Assembly: GCF_006345805.1 (NCBI RefSeq) | Contig: NC_043005.1 | Span: 76,880,001-76,944,000, forward strand | Length of the DNA: 64,000 bases | Direction of reading: 5' to 3' | From: Octopus sinensis | Taxonomy: Eukaryota | In this document: piece after piece, positions 1 to 13,450 of the stretch | How positions within the stretch are numbered: position 1 is the stretch's first letter | Layout: each line of letters starts with the position of its first letter | Made by a program: the position numbers and the translations under genes | The notes under the pieces: generated by a model | Seen by the model: only the letters and a program-made list of their open reading frames with translations | Databases searched by the model: none | Told to the model about the DNA's origin: nothing

Positions 1-58
1 TACACAAAACCACACACGCACACACACACACACACACACACACCACACACACACACAC

Positions 59-91
<33 letters not shown>

Positions 92-2104
92 TATTATATA
101 TACACGAACACACATAAACGTGTATGTATCTATTCATATTTATATGGATACACATGTAGGTCACTCTCAGTGCTACTAGTAACATGTGACCCTATAGAAC
201 CTTATCGCATGACCAGGCCGTCGGCGAGTAAATTGGCAATGGTTTCCAGCTTGCTTGGTAAGGAAGATCTTCGTTGTACAAACTGCATGACGAAAAACAA
301 AATGCCAAAGAACAGATGAACACAATAGAGTTAACGGCCATCCGACAACTGGGGCTGAGAGTCCCGTAGTCTATGTTTAGATACTTCTGTAGGAGAAGGG
401 AATTCCGAAATAACCCGCCTCGTTGCAGAACCAGCAATTTTGGTTTTGCTTGTTTCTGGACTACTTGGCATTTTAGATGAAAGTCTTCGAGATTTTCTGT
501 AAACTGTTATTGACTCCATATTCCAGCAGAGGCACTGCTGACAACTATTGCTTTTAACAATTAGGATAATATTTAAGGCGGCGAACTGGTAGAATCGTTA
601 TTTTGTCCATCTCTACGTTCTGAGCTCAAATTCTACCGTGGTCAACTTTCCCTTTCATCCTATAGGGTCAATAAAATAAGAATCACTAGATGTAATCGAC
701 GTACCCACCACCCCACACTTGCTAGCCTTGTGCCAAAATTTGAAGCCAATGCCTAGGATAAGGTAAGCTGTCAGAGATGGTTATACTCGTCTACAAATTG
801 GCAGCCACTATGAATGGAGAACTACAGACATCCATATCGCGGTTCACCTATTGCGGTTCACCTATCACCTTTCACCTATTGCGGTTCACCTATCGTAGTT
901 TATTATTTAAGCTTGCGTCGATAGTCAATGGATTACTGTACATTTTATGAATATATCCATTGTGTTTGTAATGGGTAAGATATGACTAGGGTGAGCAAAA
1001 ATGCAATTTCTGATATGTGTAGCTACCGTACAGAGAACTGACTCGTAGATTCCTAGGCAATATAGGTTGTAGTGATAGCTGCAAATGTCCCCGTTCGTTC
1101 TCATCAATAATAGAAAATGAAGGGAGGGACATTTGCCCTCATCCTTTACTCGGACAAGTGTTCTGGGATAATTACTCTCTAACAATAGCTGTTTCAGAAA
1201 ATTGAAGATTCGGTATAGGATTATGTCGTGCATTTGGTTATAAAGTTTGGAGTTGGGGAGTAGGTTGAGCTGAATGATACTGAAGGAGTGTTTATTCCGA
1301 GTAATTTCCCTTATGAAGGGTAAGGACAAAGCATCCTTCTCGAGGCCAATGAACTCAGAAGGACCACTTCCCGGTTTCCGTTGCGTATACATATTTGGTC
1401 CCAAGACAGGACGCCAGTCCGTCACAGGATTTCTCATTTTCGCCGGCTAAATGGACTGGAATAACGTGAAATGAGGCGTTTTGCTCAAGAAGACAACACG
1501 ACGCCCGGTTCTGGAGTTGAAATTACAATCTTACGATCATGAGTCCAACACCCAAACCACTAGGACACACGCCTCCACAGTTGCCCTGATATCGAATTCA
1601 ATGCGATTTTTGCTGGGTAATGACGTTCAAGCGAAGGAATTTGTACTGTAGTTAAGTTATGCAGGGGGAAATTTCTTTTCTCTAACCGATATCTATATCC
1701 CTCGACATGCACGCACGCACATAAACACACAAGGAACTTCTATACAGCCTCTGGCTACCAAATGCTATTTTCAGAATATTGGTCCATGCACCTATGGCCG
1801 AAATCACTTAACCATGACATCATATAATGGGCTTGGCCTGATACTTAGCCATTGTGAAGTAGATTTCCTGGTCACACAGCCATGCATGTTTTCTAAATTT
1901 GCACAGACAAAAATTATAGTCATCATCTTTTATTTCTCTTCTCTATCTGTTTCAGCAATATTTCCATTCACTTCTAGGATGCTGTTTAAGAATATTAAAT
2001 CGGTGCTTGTACTTGACAGTTACTTTAGTTTAATTGACCTGAAGGAATGAATGAGGAAATTGATCACGTCAAAATTTAAATGCAGAACGTAAAAGATCAT
2101 ATCT

Positions 2105-2512
2105 AGATATTTCGTTTTTGGATTTGGTTTGCAAGATACTTTATGTGAGTTCGTGTGTTGAAGCATATTCTCTTGTGTCTGGGGAGAGTCATTTTCTTTT
2201 TGTGCCTTATAATTTAACACACTCACATGCATGCATACATACATACATACATACATACATACATACATACATACATACATACATACATACATGCATGCAT
2301 AAGCATACAAACACACACTGACCCACACACATGCGCACAAACAAACAAAAAAGAACGCAGTGTAAATAACGGACAGAGTCAAGACTATTGAAAAGGTTGC
2401 AAGACGCAACGAAAATTTTAGGAAAATAAAAACAAGAAATACGTGGAAGTTTTACTGGTGAGTGTGTTAATTATAAGGCACAAAAAGAAAATGACTCTCC
2501 CCAGACACAACA
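2105..2512. repeat. Fold-back repeat family (second copy at 57125-57425)
   Basis: Inverted arms 2174-2226/2458-2509. At 57 kb the arms are ~57125-57217 and 57252-57350, with the full tail to ~57425. Confidence 0.85.
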
Positions 2513-4579
2513 GCAGATCTAAATAGTTTTTCCACTATAAGCACAAGGCCTGAAATTTTAGGATAGGTTCTAGTCGATTACATTGGCTCAAGTGCTCAAC
2601 TGCTTATTTTATCAACACCGAAAGGTATTGAACTCAGAATATAAAAATGGGCAAAATGCTGCTAAGCATTTTGTCCGGCATGCCAACGGTTCTGCCAGCT
2701 CGCCCAAATCATATCTAACTACTGATTTCAAATTTTGGTGCAAGGCCAGCAATTTCGATTTTGAGGATTAAATGATTACCTCGACCCCAGTCTTTAACCG
2801 GTATCTATCCACTGCGAAATGATAAAATACAACGTCGACCTCGGAGGAATTTGAACTCAGAACGTAAAGACGGACGAAATTCCCCTAAGCATTTTGTTCA
2901 ATGCTCTCACGGTTCAGCAGAATCCAATAGAAGTCCAGTTAAATCGACCGAAGATATTACTAACATTTCCCTAATTATGTACCGGATTAAAAAAAATGAA
3001 ATAATAAACGATAGAACGATACTGATCCCATTAGAGCAGAAACTGAGTGCCAAAGAAATAAACGTTGTATCATACATAAATCATATCCAGTAAAGCATCA
3101 TTTAGACGTAGATCCAAATTCCGTTTGAGATGGTTAAAGACGCCATGTAGCCATCGATCACCACTGTTTTCAACGATCTTTACATTCCATTCAAATGATT
3201 GAATGGAGCGTAAAGAAGACTTCAGTGAAATGTTAAATACGAAACTAAATTTTCAAAAGCTTCCAATTTGCTGTTTACTGTTTCTATCAATTCTCTGACC
3301 TTTTTCAATATTATAATATTAGTACCATAACGGAAAAGTCCTCGACCATACACTTCAAAAATATTTTTGCAACTAGCATCAAATTTGCTTACTGTTGTTG
3401 GTATTTTTGTTACTGGCTGTGGTGATGGTGATAGTAATGTTCATAAGGTTGTAACGCTAATTTTTGACTACCTCTTCCATTTTTCTCACAGTAACAATTC
3501 AGCGATTGCTTAAATATGGAAGTATATCGGAAGCAGACTGAAGTCGTATATCCGACATGACAACTAGACATAATAATGTAATCTAGCTGGCTGCGGAGGA
3601 GGACTGGGAGGGAAAGAAGACTAAACCACAGAGACAGCTTACGAGTTGATGACATAGATTGTAGGATTCTGACAGTGACTTGTTCGTAAAGGCAGTCAAA
3701 TTTTGTGGCTACAAATGTAATGACGGGTACTTTTGTAGGTTTATAATTTGAGTGGTGATTGTTTTTATTGTTGCCCTTGGTGGTGAGGATGTTCTTGTTA
3801 AAGTTTAGGCCTATATTACCGATAATCCTACAGACTATCTTTTTTATCTTCTTTAATTACGTGTTTCCGTCAAGGGACTGCGACCATGCTGAGGCATTTC
3901 CTTGAAAGTTTTAGTCGAACGAATCGCCTCAATTACTTATTTTTAAATGTCCCTCTATCTCATCGGTTCAGCAAAATAGACCGTCAGAAAAAGTGTCACG
4001 TGAAATTTCATTGCTTTCTTCACTATATCGATCGAGCGAAATGGGATTCATTCATAGGCTTGTTAGTATAATATTTAGATGCTGTTTATGTTAATAATTA
4101 CATTGACGGTATTAATGAAGATTGTAGTACTGAGGTTGGTGCCAATGAAATTGATATTAATGAGGGTGTTGATGATGCTGTTAATGATAATGACGATGTC
4201 GATAACAACGACGACGACGACGACGATGATGATGAGTATTACGTTGGATTTTGCTAACCTAACTGCGCAAAGCGATGAAAAAAAAAGAAAGAAAACGTTT
4301 CAACCTGCCTATGTTTTATGACTGTAGGACTGACTGCTTTATCCAACGCCTTCATTTTACATTGAAGACGGCAATTCTTAAGTAGAAGTAGATTTAGCTG
4401 CGATTTCTACCAAAAGAAGTAACCACGTAGAGATTCTCATTGATGTTGCTGCTTTTTTAGCCATAGGTGAAACTTAATTCAGCAGAAATGATTTCTACTG
4501 CCCGCTTTCCTTTATACAAGGATAACGTATCTAGCATAGCGTTGTGTGAAATGTATTTCATAATTTTATTAATTTAATA

Positions 4580-4782
4580 TTACGGAGATGTAATTGCAAG
4601 TGACCTGATATGAGATCGTGTGCTGGAACGAAAACAATTGCAGCGTGGAAGATGTTTATAAGCCATTTAAGAAACACACAAAAACCCGTTAGATTTACTT
4701 CAACATTTAAATTTAATTTGCCAAAATATTTTCGCCGCTTTGAGACCACGATCTGTTTACTGAAAAAATTCAGTGCTGCATC
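4580..4782 (-). repeat. Dispersed ~200-bp repeat, same family as 34820-35022
   Basis: Colinear reverse-complement match (GATGCAGCAC...TACATCTCCGTAAT). Confidence 0.85.
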
Positions 4783-5064
4783 TCATGTTTGTATTAATTT
4801 GATAATTTTAGTAATTTAGTAATTTGAAGACGATCGGATGTAATTTCAAGCAAATTTTGTGGTTATTCTTTGCTAACCAAGCTATCAGATTGAAGTCACT
4901 GTACTGATGATGGCCAGGATAACTGAGGGTGATAAGATGGTAGTCGGAAAAGTAGACTTACAATCTTACAGGTGTATGCGTGTATGTGTGCCTCAGTCTG
5001 TGTATATGTATGCATGAATGATTCACACACACACGCACACATACTATATATATATATATATATA

Positions 5065-5438
5065 TGCTAGCAGTATTGCCCGGCGTTGCTCGGGTTTGTT
5101 TCGACCCTTTAGAATTGGAATTTTTGAAAAGTAAAAATTTTGCATTATGTAGCTTGTTATTCTCTTTAAGTGAACATTTTTCTGACTGAAATACACCGAA
5201 AGATGACACAGCAGTCAAAAAATCGTAAAAAATAGGGATTTTCATAGAAAAAAAGCGCCTTTTTGGTGTAACTAATTTTTGGTGTTAACATGGTCCGATT
5301 TGAATTTTGTTTCCTACGGAATGAAGAGCAAGCCTTCGTCTATCATACTTTCAATTTTGGTCAACTTGCGCCGCAGGGTTTTGGAGGAGATAGTGTTAGT
5401 TGAAGGCTATCAAACCTGCCACACACAGACATCTTCAG

Positions 5439-5445
<7 letters not shown>
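5065..5445 (+). mobile_element. Non-autonomous Helitron/HINE-like element
   Basis: 5' GCTAGCAGTATTGCCCGGCGTTGCTCGGG (subterminal hairpin) and 3' CACACACAGACATCTTCAGCTTTATATAT, inserted in (TA)n. Family call is from recalled architecture. Confidence 0.55.
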
Positions 5446-5486
<41 letters not shown>

Positions 5487-5531
5487 GAGACAAACGCTCA
5501 GGATGTTGTTAATCCATTTATATCATGAAGC

Positions 5532-5616
5532 CCTCTACATACGTTTCGACGGGGGGCACTCCGAAATGTCCGGCAGGATAAATAACGGTCAGCAGTACAC
5601 CGATCTCTTCAGAAGG
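5532..5616 (-). ncRNA. Type I hammerhead motif with an extended stem II
   Basis: Minus strand: stem I CCUU/GAGG; CUGAAGA (5612-5606); ~58-nt stem II region closed by GA-u-CGG/CCG-UC; GAAA (5547-5544); stem III ACGUAUGU; GUA triplet ending at 5536. Confidence 0.55.
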
Positions 5617-5793
5617 TTTATGATAACAAGCTCATCAAATAAACATGTTATCATAGCTAAGAGTTGTTTTAACTCTTATTTAGCTACATAGTAATTGTTC
5701 TCTTGGATTTCTCCTATTAATTATAAATTCTCTCTCTCTAATATATATATATATATATATATAATATATATATATATATAATATATATATATA

Positions 5794-5832
<39 letters not shown>

Positions 5833-6019
5833 TTATATATATATATATATACGGTTTAAGTAATTGAGATTCAAGTGAATTCTAATGAATTCACATGAAT
5901 ATGGTCCTCAACTAGGATGCACCGGAAATCTATATGGTGTTAACCATACGACAAGTGGGGTGATTACAAATAGGAAAAATCCATTCTTGTTGCTTTTTTG
6001 CTATATATATATAATTCAT

Positions 6020-6358
6020 TAAGGTAGCTAGTCACTAATTGAGACAAAAATGCACAACTAAAACGCCACTAAAAGGGACTAAAGGTGTAATAAGAGCTAA
6101 AACAATTCTTAGCCACAGACAGAACATTTTCTGTTACAAAAGCACTTATCGATCGACTAATAAGGCAAACAAGCTCCCTAAGCAAGCGAAGGCGTCATAT
6201 CGAGATGATTTCGGATCAAATTAATCCTCCCTTGTCACTTGATAGATAAGTGCTTCTGTAACAGGAAATGTTCTGCTCCTGGCTAAGAGTTGTTTTAACT
6301 CTTATTTCTGGCAATGTTAGTGCTTACTTGCACCCTTCGTCACTTTAACTGACGTTTA
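6020..6358. repeat. Fold-back repeat; related arms at 24677-24805 and ~5650-5685
   Basis: Inverted arms 6089-6154/6241-6306; shared GCTAAGAGTT..AACTCTTATTT hairpin. Confidence 0.7.
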
Positions 6359-6572
6359 TATACTTACATCCGTACATACATACCTATATCTTTGTATATA
6401 TGTATGTATGTGCTCAACTAATTATATATATATATATATTTACGTAAACACATGCATATATGTGTGTGTATATATATATATGTATATATATATAAACATA
6501 TATATACATACATATATATATATTCATATATATACATACATATATATATTCATATATATACGTACATATATA

Positions 6573-6627
<55 letters not shown>

Positions 6628-7456
6628 ATATATGTGTATGTATACATGCATACATACATTATGCGTATATATATATATATATATATACATACATACATAT
6701 ATATATATATGTGTGTGTGTGTGTGTATACATACATATATATATATACCACGCGCACACATGTATGTGCGTTTGTATGAATTTATGTGTGTAAGTATATA
6801 TGCATATACGTGTACATGTGTATGTATGTATGTATGCATGTATATAATATTAAGGAATATGAGCCTAGGCATGCGATCAACGAATAATTTATGAATAGCA
6901 AATGTACACAGATCTTATATCCTTATATTACAGTTAATCCAGTGCAAATTTTCTTTGCGTTTCTCTGACAGCCAGATACTTTTATTTCATATAATCTTCA
7001 ACGGGTTAAAAGACCTATCAAACATAGATCAGGTACTAAGGTGAATAATAACAATTCATTACGTGATATTCAATATTTGTTTGGGATAATACTGGAACCT
7101 AAGTACCACTTACTATGTCAACAGGGATTTCACTTTATGGTTATGTATGTGTGCGTGTCTGTGTGTAGAATATGGTTACATAATACAATTATAGTGCATG
7201 AGTATATTTCAGTGAGTTTAAGTTTTATATTTTGTATTGTCTAACGTGTCTGGACATGCATACACTTATCCCTTTCTCTCATATTATCTCAAATAATATG
7301 CTCAGATGCTATATACTGCTTTCTCTCACATTTGCTAAGTGTGTATGTGTGATTCTCTCCGTCTGTGTACGTGTATGAATGTATGCGAATATATATGGAC
7401 GGAATATCTTTTCAGGGAATGTGATTGATGGAAACAATGTGGAAATCCGTCGTGTA

Positions 7457-8513
7457 TACGAGGGAAAAACAAAAGTTATCCGCACTTTCGCCATAAAATA
7501 TCTTTAGTATTGTCACACTGTGGAGGCGCAATGATCCAGTGGTTTGGGCAGCGGACTCGCGGTCGTAGGATCGCGGTTTCGATTCCCAGACCGGGCGTTG
7601 TGAATGTTTATTGAGCGAAAACACCTAAAAGCTCCACGGGGCTCCGGCACTGGGTGGCGGCGAACCCTGCTGTACTCTTTCACTACAGCTTTCTCTCACT
7701 CTTTTTTCCTGTTTCTGTTGTACGTGTATTTCAAAGGGCCAGGCCTGTCACACTCTGTGTCACGCTTAATCTCCTTGAGAACAACGTTAAGGGTACAGTT
7801 GCCTGTGGAGTACTCAGCAACTTGCACGTTAATTTCACGAGGAGGTTTTTTCCGTTGATCGGATCAACTGGAACCTTCGTCGTCGGAACGCCACGATTGT
7901 CACACCGCCTTCTGCACATGCATACTTTTAGTTGGTACTAATGCGGTCACATGATCTAAGTTTGAGCCTGATTGTGCCATATTTCTTTCTGGCTTTACAG
8001 TGTAAGCAGGGCTGCTCTATTAGCAATGTACACCAAAAAAGAACAAAGAGCAGTTATCTGATTTCTCTGGTCGGAATGTGCGTCAGGTGCTGAAATTCAT
8101 GGGAGTTTTTTAGCACAATATGGGGACAGTGCACTATCGCGTAGAAATGTGTATGAGTGGATCGAGAAGTTTAAAAGTAGCCGGACAAGAGTGACACACA
8201 AAGAGGGAGCAGGACACCCGTCAACCTCCACCACTGACGAGAAGATTGAGCAAACTCGAGAGATGGTAATGGCGAACCAGTTCACCATTACCATCTCTCG
8301 GATTACTGTTCTTCGTTCTTCTTTGGTGCACATTGCTAGTGGAGCGGCCATGCTTACACAGTAAAGCAGAAAGGAAAATAGCGCGATTAGGCTCAACCTT
8401 GGATCACGTGATCACAATAGTACTAAATATAAGTAGGCATGCGCAGAAGGCAGTGTGACGATAATAAAGATATGTTATGGCGAAAGTGCGGATAATTTTT
8501 GACTTCCTCTCGT
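7457..8513. mobile_element. Mariner-derived fold-back element (both arms are transposon 5' ends), interrupted by a SINE
   Basis: TIR-like ends 7457-7505 and 8464-8513 (CGAGGG..AGTTATCCGCACTTTCGCCATAA). Mariner N-terminal HTH residues: QYGDSALSRRNVYEWIEKFKSSRT...GAGHPSTSTTDEKI on +, and MAAPLAMCTKEE on -. Confidence 0.85.
7519..7895 (+). mobile_element. tRNA-headed SINE, family B, inserted in the mariner arm
   Basis: A/B-box head (TGATCCAGTGG...GGTTTCGATTCCC); 10-bp TSD ATTGTCACAC at 7509-7518 and 7896-7905; homologous to 29947-30330. Confidence 0.9.
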
Positions 8514-8698
8514 CGCACCGAATGCACATATATTTATATATCGTTAAATACACATAGTAGTTAACTATGAGTTACTAATAGTTTTCTTAGTAGCTCATAT
8601 TTAACTGTGTATCATAAATGATATTTATCTCTCACTGAGTAGAGTACTTCTTTTGTTGATGCAATCTACAACGAAAATTGTATATTTACATATATTAG

Positions 8699-9021
8699 GA
8701 GCACTCCGTCGGTTGCGACGATGAGTGTCTCAGCTGATACTATCAACGGAACAGCTTGCTTGTGAAATTAACGTGTAAGTGGCTGAGCATGCCACAAACA
8801 CGTGTATCCTTAACGTAGTTCTCGGGGAGATTCAGTGTGACACAGTGTGACAAGGCTGACCCTTTGAAATACAGGTACTACTCATTTTTGCTAGCTGAGT
8901 GGACTGGAGCAACGTGAAATAAAGTGTCTTGCTCAAGGATACAACGCGCCGCCGGGAATTGAACTCACGAACTTATGATCATGAGCCGAATGCCCCTAAC
9001 CACTAAGCCACGCGCCTTCAC
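8699..9021 (-). mobile_element. tRNA-headed SINE, family A (shares its 3' half with family B)
   Basis: Head TGAAGGCGCGTGGCTTAGTGG...GAGTTCAATTCCC, then CCTTGAGCAAGACACTT, then the family B tail. Degraded or partial copies at 22375-22640 (+) and 1440-1580 (-). Confidence 0.85.
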
Positions 9022-9109
9022 ATACACATACATACATACATACATACATACATACATACATACATACATACATACATACATACATACATACATACATACT
9101 CTACTAAAT

Positions 9110-10957
9110 TAATAGAAATCACAAGTCGCTGGATAGAACACTTCTCCGAACTCCTAAACCATTAGTCAGTTGGGGATAAAACAGTGATTGATACAATGCA
9201 ACAAAAACCCATCATTGGTTCCTTAAATTCCACGCCCTCAGTAGATGAGGTAATCACATCAATAAGTAAATTGAATCTTGGTAGGGTACCTGGAGAGGAT
9301 GGAATTTGTGTTGTGGTCTTGCGATTTGGTGGTGATTACATCATACAGTACCTTCATGAACTTATTAGTGCAGTCTGGAGGGATGGTGCAATGCCTAAGG
9401 ACTGGAAAGATGTAACTGTTCTTTCTCTCTATAAAGGAAAAGGTGCCAGAACGATGTGTGGTAACTACAGAGGTATTGCTCTACTATCAGCTCCTGGCAA
9501 GCTTCTGGCAAAGATGCTTCTTACTCGCCTGAGTGAGTGTCTCGTAAATGATGTCCTATCTGAATCTTAATGTAGCTTCCGATCTGGTAGAGGGACAACG
9601 GATATCATTTCCACAGCAAGGCAGAAGCAGGAGAAGTGCTATAAGCAGAATATGGATCTTGTTCAACTATTCATTGATTTAACGAAGGCTTTTGATACCG
9701 TGAATAGGGCCTTGCTATGGAAAATACTTGGCAAACTTGGATGTCCGGATCACTTTGTATCTATAATTAAATCATTTCATGATGGGATGGAAGCTTTGGT
9801 CAATGTTGGTGGTAGTATGGCGGGATCCATTTCTGTAGAGAATAGTGTCAAGCAGGGTTGACATCGTTGCCCCAATTCTCTTTTCTTTGTTCTTTGCTGC
9901 TGCTTTTACTCATGTTTTTGCTAAGGTTAGCTCTCTGGGAATATATGTCGGCCTCTTTAATCTGCGCCAATTTACTGCCAATTCAAAAGTTTTCCAGTCT
10001 CTTATTCGTGACTTCCTTTATGCAGATGAGTTTGACATACAAATGGAAGACATACAAATACTTATGAATCGTATTTCTGATTCTTGCAAGGCATTTGAAC
10101 TCAGCATTAGCCTGGACAAGAATGTTGTAATGTTCCAGCCTGCACCAAGAAATCCATATGTGGAACCAGCGATCTTGGTTGAAGAAACAATTTTGAAAGT
10201 GGTAGACAATTTTGTCTACGTGAGCAGCACATTCAGCCGTTCTTGCTCCCTGTGTCTTGCCCCAGCATGGCATCACAAAGCAAACAAAAATTTCTGTGTA
10301 CCGTACATGTGTACTAACATCGCTCCTTTATTCATGTAGGAGATGGACCCTTTACAAACGACATGTAAGGGTCCTTGAACGCTTTCTTCAGAGATGTCTC
10401 AGACACATTCTCAATGTTGGCTGGGCCTTAAAAACTTCAGACGCACAGGTCCTCAGGACAGCCGATATCTTGAGTATTGAGGTGATGGTGCACAAGCACC
10501 GGTTATGTTGAACTGGACACCTTATTAATATGAAGGATATCAGGATTCCTAAGCAGATGCTATATGGGGAACTTGTGAATGGAAAGAGACCTCGGCAGAA
10601 ACCAGGACTGCGATTTAAGTCCTCATAAAAAGGATAAAAGGCCTGTGATATGCAAGAGAATGACTGGGAGAACAATGCTTATCATCGCCACAGATAGAGG
10701 AAGCTGGTTAAGGAGGGGTCGACACTTTTGAGAGAGTATGTATTCTGCATGAAGAACTTAAGCGGGCTGCTCGAAATCGCACTACTAGTGTAGTGAATGG
10801 AAGCTTAGCTTGCAATGTTTGCAGTTGTGCATGCTTGTCAAGAGCAGGGCTCATTAGCCACCAACGGAGCCACAAATGCGAACTATAAGTTAGTCCTAGA
10901 GCGCACAATGTTCCTGAAGGTCAGCAAAGGTCTTTCTCGGTCACGAGTGGACGGCCA
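9110..10957 (+). mobile_element. 5'-truncated RTE-clade LINE, frameshifted RT and C-terminal zinc finger
   Basis: RWIEHFSELLN; PGEDGI...WKDVTVLSLYKGKG...CGNYRGIALLSAPGK; FIDLTKAFDTVNR; VKQG; FLYAD; C-terminal CNVC...SRAGLISHQRSH. Flanked by (CATA)n and (TA)n. Confidence 0.93.
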
Positions 10958-10991
10958 TCATATATATATATGTATGTATGTATGTATATAT

Positions 10992-11062
<71 letters not shown>

Positions 11063-12415
11063 GTGTGTGTGTGTGTGTGGTGTGTGTGTGTGCATGTATG
11101 TAGACACACGCACATATATTTGTATAGATATGTATAAACACACACACAAACGCACGCAGCAACACAAACATAAATTTCGGTTGTAATCATATTAATCTTG
11201 AATTACAGAACCCTATTTCAAAAAAAGAAATGGGTGTGATCTGAAAGAGAGATACATTTGCTGTAATTAATAGTTTACATAACTACATAGAAAACCCTTC
11301 GTTTGCCTTTTCGAGGAACGGTTAGGCAGTATATACTGACATCAAGAATTTCAGTTTAGCTTGCTTAGAATAGTATTGACGTTGAAAAGACGTGGGCTTC
11401 CTACATTATGTCCTTGCTTTAGTCCTTGCTTTAGAAATAGGGGCTGTGTACTATTAATAAAAATAAAAAAAAACTTATCTTCAGCAAAATTATAGCGTTG
11501 GTTGGGAGTAGGGTTGGTGTTCGTGGGTGGGAGGCGAATATTTTTTTAATGATTTTTTTTTTTCCATTTTACAGCTTTCGTCGCCTATTCTATTCTGACC
11601 GGTTATTAAATCGAATGATTCCTCTAAAATAGTTTAAAGAAGGCAACACGCCAGCGTTTAAACAAGATTTGCCAGGAAATATAATCTGGCCAGCCACTGC
11701 ACCAAAAACAAAACAAAACAACAACAACAAAAACAACAGAAACAAAATGCGATGTAAAATGCGTCACCTTTCCTCTCAACAACTTGATTTGGAAACTTTA
11801 TTCAAATATAACCTAACTTGCATGTTTCGTTAACCTTCTTTGGTAAGGAAGATGAGAAACACACAGGCGCACATACATGCATAACGCAAACACACACATA
11901 TATATGCAGCAAAACTCAAATACACACACATGCATATGCATATACATGCATATATATATATATATGTAAATTCATATACGTATGTGCGTATATGTACAGA
12001 TGTGCATGTGTATGTATGCATATATATATACATGTATGTATACGTATGTGCGTGTGTGTGTGGTTGTGTGTGCGTGTGTGTGTGTATGTGTGAGTCTGCA
12101 TCGTTAAATATATTTATTGCCTACTCAATACATGATTTAGAGTATAAAATAAAGCAAAGATTGGCAATGGGTCCCTAGTTTCGCCTGTGGAGTCATATTT
12201 TTGTAGTGAAAAGAAATAACGACTTCTTCTAAATGTTTGGGTATGTGGTGAAGCAACTTGTTGCTAAACCCTTAATTATTGTTATAATCATATATAAAAA
12301 ACTTTTTGTATAAGTCTTTACAGAATATGGTTCTTTTCCATACCGAAACTACTTGGTAAAATTTATTAATTATTATATTAAATTAATAATTTTTTATCCT
12401 CTATCTATCTATATA

Positions 12416-12485
<70 letters not shown>

Positions 12486-13396
12486 GAAGAAGAGGGGAGA
12501 GAAAAAGAGAGAAAGAAAAGAAACAAAGAGAGTAGAAAAGAAATTTTCGCCGACAAAATATTTAACAGAATGATGAGCGGGTAGATCGATTTTCCTTACT
12601 ATTGCTAATCAAGCACATTGCGATGACGTTAGTCTCATTTCAAAAGAGTCAAACATCATACAATCCTCTGGGTCTGTTTAGTTTTGAAAGCAATCACTGC
12701 GTAACGGCAGTGAGTACATAAGAACATTAAAGCTATGACATTACGCTATTTAGTTTCGTCCTTCTACAGTCTGAATTCGGGTCCCACTGGTGTCAATTTA
12801 AAGATAAATTACCCATAGGGCCGATAGAGTAAATACTGGTTATGCACTAGGTTAGATTTCATTGATTCACACCCACTACTTCAATGAAAATTATTTGGCG
12901 TTTTACCTAACTAGAAGAAATCGATACGGGGTAACAGAGATATAGCGGGAGTTGTACTGTAGAAGGTAAGTTTTCTAGAGTCTGAGCTCCCAAACTGGTT
13001 TCGAATCACAGTTATAGTTAATTGTTTTGACACCAATCAATGTACTTTTAGAAATGATTAAGTTGTAGGTTCATGTGCCGAATCAATATATAAAGTCAAT
13101 AATATGCAAGAAAAACAAAAATGAGGGATTATTTGAGAATGCTAAGTTGGTGGTGCTTCGAGGCAAAAAAAAATTTCACTTGATATCCAGTTCTAGTAAT
13201 TTTGTTAGAGATCGGCTTAAAAGTTCACAAGATTTGTTACATTTGGGCTACGATTTTTCTAAGGATTTTATTAGGTTTTTAGACATTTTTTTTCTTTCTA
13301 TTTGATACAAGATCATCAGGTGTTTGAGAAGAGGTAAAATTTATTCAAATTTCAAAAACAATAAACAGCGATCGACTCGGAACTTGTACATTCATA

Positions 13397-13450
<54 letters not shown>

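Noticed and set aside
831-895. Short tandem repeat CACCTATTGCGGTT as a CRISPR-like or regulatory array
   Set aside because: About four adjacent units with no spacers; an ordinary minisatellite.
925-1437. 170-aa minus-strand ORF
   Set aside because: No recognisable motif, and it begins directly next to a SINE fragment. It cannot be supported without a homology search.
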